Positions 1 through 3,718 of a stretch of 8,457 bases of DNA are shown in pieces; within the stretch, counting starts at the first letter, position 1, and every line of letters begins with the position of its first letter. Both the position numbers and the translations under genes were made by a program. Origin of the DNA: an uncultured archaeon (lineage in GTDB: Archaea > Iainarchaeota > Iainarchaeia > Iainarchaeales > CSSED10-239); the NCBI GenBank assembly GCA_964586355.1, contig CAZPGO010000002.1:1-8457 (forward strand), in the 5' to 3' direction. Below the pieces are notes generated by a model. That model made no database searches, was not told the origin of the DNA, and saw only the letters and a program-made list of their open reading frames with translations.

Positions 1-558
1 ATTTGCACTTTTTGTATCTGCTGATAACCCTAGTTCAATAAATTTTATTTGTTTATAGTTTTTTCCATATGCTTCTTTTATAGATCTGTTATTTGCATAT
101 ATTCCAAAGTATGGTGTGAAAGCGTGTGCTGGTCCAATCAAGACCTCGTATTTAACACAGATATCTAATAGTTTGTCTGGTCCAATAGAAAGTCTTGGTC
201 TTCCTCCTCCATATACATTCATATCAGAAGAATATTTTTCTATTTCTTTTTTAAATTTTTCAATAACTTCAAAGTTTTTAAAAAATATTAAATGATGTAC
301 TCTTCCTTTTGTTTCTACTTCTGTTGTTAATAAGAAATATGTTTTTTTTTCTTTATCTTCTTTATAATAATAACAATCATTTTCTTCTTTTAGGTTTTCT
401 TTTACATGAGCTAACCATTTTGGGTGTAATATATCTCCAGTACCAATAAGATCTAGTCCTTTTAATTTTGCTTCTTTTGCTAAAACAGGTATACTCATAT
501 TTTTAGATACTCCTGCTGCGTATGGTGAATGAATATGTAGATCTATATTATATTTCAT
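1..558 (-). CDS. PHP-domain phosphoesterase, endonuclease Q (EndoQ/TIGR00375)-like. N-terminal 186 codons only; the 3' end runs off the window.
   Basis: Hand translation of the minus strand from the ATG at 558-556 gives 186 codons with no stop: MKYNIDLHIHSPYAAGVSKNMSIPVLAKEAKLKGLDLIGTGDILHPKWL...GRVHHLIFF...GGGRPRLSIG...LIGPAHAFTPYFG...ELGLSADT. The blocks DLHIHS, GTGD..HP, HH, GPAH..TP and ELGLSAD match what I recall for PHP-fold EndoQ-type proteins. It is absent from the supplied ORF track because the window edge truncates it. Confidence 0.8.
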   Translation of the reverse strand, partial: MKYNIDLHIHSPYAAGVSKNMSIPVLAKEAKLKGLDLIGTGDILHPKWLAHVKENLKEENDCYYYKEDKEKKTYFLLTTEVETKGRVHHLIFFKNFEVIEKFKKEIEKYSSDMNVYGGGRPRLSIGPDKLLDICVKYEVLIGPAHAFTPYFGIYANNRSIKEAYGKNYKQIKFIELGLSADTKSAN

Positions 559-671
559 ATTTTTTACTCTCTTTATTATTATTTGTGTTTGCCTGTTCTT
601 TTATTTTTTTCTATTTTATTTAATGATTTGTTTTTATTTGTTTTGATTCTATTTTAAATAGATGATTTTTT
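559..671. promoter_or_regulatory. Divergent intergenic region between the PHP gene (-) and the 427-aa gene (+), containing several TATA-like boxes
   Basis: The 113-nt AT-rich spacer lies between two divergently oriented starts. TATA-like strings include ttttatttaat (about 614-624) and attttaaata (651-660). The direct repeat ctatttt occurs at 611-617 and 649-655. Part of this spacer is duplicated at 2294-2364. I cannot assign transcription start sites from sequence alone. Confidence 0.35.
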
Positions 672-1955
672 ATGAAACAAATATATGTTTTTTTATTATT
701 GGGCTTTTTTTTACTTTCTTTTTTTAATTACCTTTCTGCAGAAATGTTTTATGGGGATGGAACTTATGATGTAAAGGCAGGAGATTTTTTAATTGCAGAT
801 AATGGTTGGAAATTGGAAGTTGATGTTTTGCTTTCTGCACACAAGGGTGACGAAATAATTTTTAGTCTTTATGATTCTGAAGGTTTTATTTCTATAGCCA
901 ATGCAAGTAGTTTAAATATTAATGAAGGTTCAAAAAAAATTGGACCCGCACCAAATTTAAAAATAAATTTAGAGTTGTTAGATGTTTTTGGTGAATCAAC
1001 ACCAACAGATTCTCCAATTGCTTTTGTTAGAGAATTTGCAAAAGTTAAAATAACGTCTATAGATGAGGATTTGCCTTCAACTGTAAGTGATAGTTCTGAG
1101 GATGAATTAGAAATAATTAATAAAGATTTAACTTTTAAAAATGCTACCAAATTTAATTTAGCTCTTGGAGAAAAACATATTTTAAAAAATGGTTATAAAT
1201 TGGGTTTAATTGATTTTGATATGCGTTTTAATTCGCCAATGTTCTCTTTATGGAATGAAAATGATGACCTAATTTTAGATTCTTTTTTTATTACAAAAAA
1301 ACCTCAAAATTCTTTTGGAACTTTGGTTTTTTTAGATGATTATGATTCAGACTCTGTTTCTTTAAAAAAAATTGAGGGTTCTCATTTTGTTTTTGGTTCT
1401 GGTTGGAATTTATTTTCTATATTTTTAGATGATGGTTCTGGTTTTGGAACTGTTTTAGAGACCACTTGTAATAATGGTGTTTTGTGGATTTGGAATCCTG
1501 AGTTAGATGATTATGAAAATATTGGTTTTCTGGAAGTTGGTCAAAAAATTCCTTCAAATAAAGGTGTTTGGATTAAAGTAACTGTAGAGAATAATTCAAA
1601 TGCTGATTTTGCCTGTGAGACTATTATATCTGGATCAAAATCTGTTACAACTAAAGGTCAAGAACTAAAAGCCGGTTGGAATTTAATTGGCGCCCCAATA
1701 ACAGCAAATGGAAAAAGTATTGTTACAGTAAATCAAACAACAAGGCAATTATTAAATATCAATGATATTTTAGGAGATTGTAAACTAGAAAAAGGCCCTT
1801 GGCAATTTGTGAGTTCACGATATTCTTCTTTTTTACTTCTAGATAATTTAACAGATCTTGGGGTTTTTTCTAAACCAATAGATAATAATTTAAGATTAAA
1901 CTATGGTTATTTTGTTTTTGTTTCTAAAAATTGTGTGTTAGGTGATGTAAATTGA
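672..1955 (+). CDS. Secreted protein of unknown family with 2+2 internal module duplications
   Basis: The ORF is 427 aa, with ATG at 672 and TGA at 1953-1955. The N-terminus looks like a signal peptide (MKQIYVFLLLGFFLLSFFNYLSA) and there is no other hydrophobic helix. There are two N-terminal modules (NGWKLEVDV..IIFSLYDSEG and NGYKLGLIDFD..MFSLWNENDD). There are two C-terminal modules opening with GSGWNLFSIF and KAGWNLIGAPI and closing with KGVWIKV and YGYFVFV. I cannot name a family with confidence. Confidence 0.8.
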   Translation: MKQIYVFLLLGFFLLSFFNYLSAEMFYGDGTYDVKAGDFLIADNGWKLEVDVLLSAHKGDEIIFSLYDSEGFISIANASSLNINEGSKKIGPAPNLKINLELLDVFGESTPTDSPIAFVREFAKVKITSIDEDLPSTVSDSSEDELEIINKDLTFKNATKFNLALGEKHILKNGYKLGLIDFDMRFNSPMFSLWNENDDLILDSFFITKKPQNSFGTLVFLDDYDSDSVSLKKIEGSHFVFGSGWNLFSIFLDDGSGFGTVLETTCNNGVLWIWNPELDDYENIGFLEVGQKIPSNKGVWIKVTVENNSNADFACETIISGSKSVTTKGQELKAGWNLIGAPITANGKSIVTVNQTTRQLLNINDILGDCKLEKGPWQFVSSRYSSFLLLDNLTDLGVFSKPIDNNLRLNYGYFVFVSKNCVLGDVN

Positions 1956-2173
1956 AAAAAATGTTTTTTATATTTATTATAATTATTTTATTTTTAACTG
2001 TTTCTTTAGTTGTCTATAATTTATTTATATCTAGTGAAGCAGATTCTCAGGATTTTATTAGTAATTCAGATTATAATAATTCAGACATTACAGATAATCA
2101 AAATCAATATGGTTATTCTGTTTTAGAAAATTCAGAAGTAGATTTTGAAAAGCCACCTCGTCCACCAGAATAA
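1952..2173 (+). CDS. Small single-pass membrane protein with an acidic, Asn-rich tail
   Basis: The TTG at 1952 overlaps the upstream TGA (aTTGA). An ATG at 1961 is an equally plausible start. The protein has one N-terminal TM helix (FFIFIIIILFLTVSLVVYNLFI) followed by SEADSQDF..NQNQYGYSVLENSEVDFEKPPRPPE. A near-identical 5'-truncated copy lies at 3221-3412. Confidence 0.6.
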   Translation: MKKMFFIFIIIILFLTVSLVVYNLFISSEADSQDFISNSDYNNSDITDNQNQYGYSVLENSEVDFEKPPRPPE

Positions 2174-2293
2174 AAGTTTGTTTTATTTTAAATTATTCTA
2201 TTTTATAAATTTTGTTAAAATAAATTAATTCCTATTTTTAGATGCGGCTGCTGCGTATGGTGGCTGAATGTGTAGATCTATATTGTATTTCAT
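1982..2293. repeat. Long direct repeat, copy 1 (3' two-thirds of the 73-aa gene, its downstream spacer, and a PHP-gene 5' fragment)
   Basis: Hand alignment to 3221-3538 shows 12 substitutions and one 6-nt indel over about 312 nt, roughly 96 percent identity. Confidence 0.9.
2233..2293 (-). pseudogene. Remnant of the PHP/EndoQ-like gene: first ~20 codons only
   Basis: The segment aligns to 498-558 at a constant offset of 1735. It reads MKYNIDLHIQPPYAAAASKN then RN-stop, compared with MKYNIDLHIHSPYAAGVSKN in the intact gene. Homology to the gene body stops at tatttttagat. Confidence 0.85.
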
Positions 2294-2406
2294 ATTTTTT
2301 ACTCTCTTTATTATTATTTGTGTTTGCCTGTTCTTTTATAATTTTCTATTTTTTTAAATAGATATCTAAATGATATCTTTAAAACAATTGTGGATCTATA
2401 TTATTT
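2294..2406 (+). promoter_or_regulatory. Duplicated promoter block upstream of the toxin-antitoxin pair, with a TATA-like box and a tandem operator-like repeat
   Basis: Positions 2294-2339 are identical to 559-604, and 2346-2364 match 649-663. A TATA-like tttttaaata lies at 2351-2360. It is immediately followed by the tandem repeat AAATAGATATCT (2356-2367) and AAATGATATCT (2368-2378). This places two GATATCT cores 11 nt apart, and tagatatcta (2359-2368) is a 10-bp palindrome. The ATG of the RHH gene is at 2407. Confidence 0.45.
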
Positions 2407-2700
2407 ATGATTAAAAATACATCTAGAGATGAATTTATTATAAGGTTGTCTGGAAAACACAAACAATGTCTTGATGAATTATTAACACAGGGTTATTTTT
2501 CAAATAAGAGTGAAATAATAAGGCATGGAATTTTAGAGGTGAGTAAAAAATATTTGCCAAAAAATGATTCTTCTCAAGAATTGTTATTAGTTGGAAATGC
2601 AATTAAAAGAGAACTAGATCAATTAAATAAATCTGGTGCTGAGTTAATTTCAGAGAAAGATTTTTTAAAAGATTTTCCTCATCTTAAAAAAGTAAAATAG
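2407..2700 (+). CDS. Ribbon-helix-helix (CopG/Arc-like) antitoxin candidate
   Basis: The ORF is 97 aa. The N-terminal segment EFIIRLSGKHKQCLDELLTQGYFSNKSEIIRHGILEV fits the RHH strand-helix-helix pattern, including the SEIIR motif. The C-terminal half is charged and of low complexity. The stop is 2 nt before the toxin start. Confidence 0.65.
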   Translation: MIKNTSRDEFIIRLSGKHKQCLDELLTQGYFSNKSEIIRHGILEVSKKYLPKNDSSQELLLVGNAIKRELDQLNKSGAELISEKDFLKDFPHLKKVK

Positions 2701-2702
2701 GT

Positions 2703-2963
2703 GTGGCGTTGTATCTTATTTTTTTAACTCCTGAATTTAAGAAGGATTTTAGTAAATTGGATAAGCAATTTCAAATACACATTTATAAAAAAATCAAAAA
2801 AATATCTTCTTTGCAAACAAACAAACATTTGAAACACAGTCTCCCATATTTTGTTGAAAAATCTGCGGATGGTTCTAGGTTAGTGTATATTTTAATTGAT
2901 AATAAATTAACCATAATCCGATTTTTTAAAACACATAAAGAATATACTAAATGGTTAAAATGA
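2703..2963 (+). CDS. RelE/ParE-superfamily toxin candidate
   Basis: The ORF is 86 aa with a GTG start at 2703. The layout fits small RelE/ParE-like toxins: YLIFLTPEFKKDFSKLDKQFQIHIYKKIKKI....HLKHSL....EKSADGSRLVYILIDNKLTIIRFFKTHKEY. That is an N-terminal strand, a helix with an FKKD..KLDK motif, a central RLVY strand, and a C-terminal basic/aromatic HKEY. It is paired with the upstream RHH gene. Confidence 0.55.
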   Translation: MALYLIFLTPEFKKDFSKLDKQFQIHIYKKIKKISSLQTNKHLKHSLPYFVEKSADGSRLVYILIDNKLTIIRFFKTHKEYTKWLK

Positions 2964-3049
2964 ATGCTTTTAAATATTTTAAAAAACAAAAAAATAAGTT
3001 GTGCTGCTTGTAATGGATATTGTGTAATTAAAAAAAACTAAACTGGTTT
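2964..3049 (+). pseudogene. 5' remnant of the radical SAM gene
   Basis: The ATG at 2964 abuts the toxin TGA (tgaATG). Positions 3000-3049 align to 6031-6080 with 4 mismatches. The remnant keeps the CxxCxxxC frame (SCAACNGYCVIKKN) and then hits a TAA at 3039-3041 where the intact gene has CAA (Gln). Homology ends at 3049 and is fused to sequence matching 8216 onward. Confidence 0.8.
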
Positions 3050-3050
3050 C

Positions 3051-3227
3051 AAAAAACTTAAGGATTAACATTGTTCTAAGCCCTGCAATTCCAAATATTG
3101 CTGATACTACTATTGTTGCCCAAATTGGTGGTTTAATAACTAATAAACAATTACATACTAAAAACCCAACAACTCTAATAATACTATTTAGCAAAATATT
3201 TTTTAAAAAAAAAGATTGTAATTATTG
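3051..3227 (-). pseudogene. N-terminally truncated copy of the BofA-like membrane protein gene (supplied ORF 2979-3194)
   Basis: The segment aligns to 8217-8392 with 14 substitutions and an A9/A8 indel, about 92 percent identity. It encodes ..LKNILLNSIIRVVGFLVCNCLLVIKPPIWATIVVSAIFGIAGLRTMLILKFF. The native stop is lost, so the frame reads on through the radical SAM remnant. There is no ATG and the upstream TM helix of the native gene is missing. Confidence 0.7.
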
Positions 3228-3412
3228 TATTTTTAACTGTTTCTTTAGTTATCTATAATTTATTTATATCTAGTGAAGCAGATTCTCAGTGTTTTATTAG
3301 TAATTCAGATTATAATAATTCAGACATTACAGATAATCAAAATCAATATGGTGATTCAGTTTTAGAAAATTCAGAAGTAGATTTTGAAAAGCCACCTCGC
3401 CCACCAGAATAA
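3221..3412 (+). pseudogene. 5'-truncated copy of the 73-aa membrane protein gene
   Basis: The frame is preserved to the same KPPRPPE-TAA end (stop at 3410-3412). The frame opens only after a TAA at 3179-3181, with no ATG, GTG or TTG start before the homologous region. There are 7 nt differences from 1982-2173, giving V>I, D>C and Y>D changes. Confidence 0.7.
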
Positions 3413-3477
3413 AAGTTTGTTTTATTTTAAATTAAAATAATTCTATTTTATAAATTTTGTTAAAATAAATTAATTCC

Positions 3478-3538
3478 TATTTTTAGATACGGCTGCTGCG
3501 TATGGTGACTGAATGTGTAGATCTATGTGGTATTTTAT
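3478..3538 (-). pseudogene. Second remnant of the PHP/EndoQ-like gene 5' end, with the start codon lost
   Basis: The segment aligns to 498-558 (offset 2980) and to 2233-2293 (offset 1245). The position of the start codon reads tat (ATA) instead of cat (ATG) at 3536-3538. It shares the ggctgctgcg and ctgaatgtg variants with the 2233 copy rather than with the intact gene. Confidence 0.8.
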
Positions 3539-3690
3539 AAATAGTTATTTGATAAATATTTATTTAAGTTGTCATAAGCAAAACAACCTCTTTTTAAATA
3601 TATCTATCTAATTAAGAAAACATTATGCTTTATATAGATTTTACAACATAACTTATTTATATTAGTCTTATTGTTTTTTTTTTGCTCGGT

Positions 3691-3718
3691 AATATTTTAA
3701 ATTTAGAGGTGTGTTATA
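3691..3718 (+). promoter_or_regulatory. TATA-like box and Shine-Dalgarno-like site upstream of the 753-aa gene
   Basis: The string aatattttaaat lies at 3691-3702. GAGGTG lies at 3706-3711, 7 nt before the ATG at 3719, and is complementary to the usual 16S 3' end. Confidence 0.45.

Larger units (their letters stand above)
3221..3538. repeat. Long direct repeat, copy 2 (matches 1982-2293)
   Basis: See copy 1. The left boundary is a 6-nt microhomology (attatt, 3221-3226) shared by the BofA-like copy and the 73-aa gene copy. Confidence 0.9.

Noticed and set aside
680-740. Homopolymer tracts (T7-T8 in the signal-peptide region of the 427-aa gene; A8/A9 at 8371-8378 versus 3205-3213) as phase-variation switches
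   Set aside because: Such tracts are ubiquitous at this base composition. The only length difference observed (A8 versus A9) lies within a pseudogene copy. There is no evidence of on/off frame switching in an intact gene.
869-1150. 93-aa minus-strand ORF from the supplied track
   Set aside because: It lies entirely inside the 427-aa plus-strand gene. It has low-complexity Ser/Leu/Ile composition typical of an antisense shadow frame in AT-rich DNA, and it has no start context.
2225-2293. 22-codon minus-strand ORF (MKYNIDLHIQPPYAAAASKNRN) as a possible small protein gene
   Set aside because: It is simply the duplicated first ~20 codons of the PHP gene running into a stop in unrelated spacer. 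It carries multiple nonsynonymous changes at metal-ligand positions (HIHS to HIQP). I treated it as a remnant, although it could still be transcribed from the conserved upstream block.
2393-2404. A third occurrence of gatctatatt(a) just before the antitoxin ATG (also at 540-551 and 2275-2284) as a possible recombination core site
   Set aside because: Only about 10-12 nt match, in AT-rich sequence. The repeat-copy breakpoints at 2364 and about 3540 do not coincide with it. The evidence is insufficient to call a site.
2783-2989. 68-aa minus-strand ORF from the supplied track
   Set aside because: It is antisense to the RelE/ParE-like gene, which has a coherent family-like pattern and operon context. 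The minus-strand product has no recognisable features.
1982-3538. Possible diversity-generating retroelement (template/variable repeat pair), given the near-identical repeats next to surface protein genes in a DPANN-like genome
   Set aside because: The 12 substitutions between the copies are not confined to adenine positions of either copy; they include G/A, GA/TG, T/G, T/A, T/C and C/T. The repeats cover a small membrane protein tail and noncoding DNA rather than a C-type lectin-like variable region. No reverse transcriptase ORF is present in the window.
498-3540. CRISPR array or other regularly spaced short-repeat array
   Set aside because: The repeats are 60-310 nt long, unequal in length, derived from neighbouring genes and irregularly spaced (offsets of 1735 and 1245). 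There is no 25-40-nt repeat with unique spacers anywhere in the window.
3552-3563. Perfect 12-bp palindrome ataaatatttat, and similar A/T-only palindromes in the spacers, as possible protein-binding sites
   Set aside because: They consist only of A and T in a spacer that is almost pure A/T, so such palindromes are expected by chance. There is no second copy or phased partner, unlike the GATATCT pair at 2361-2378.
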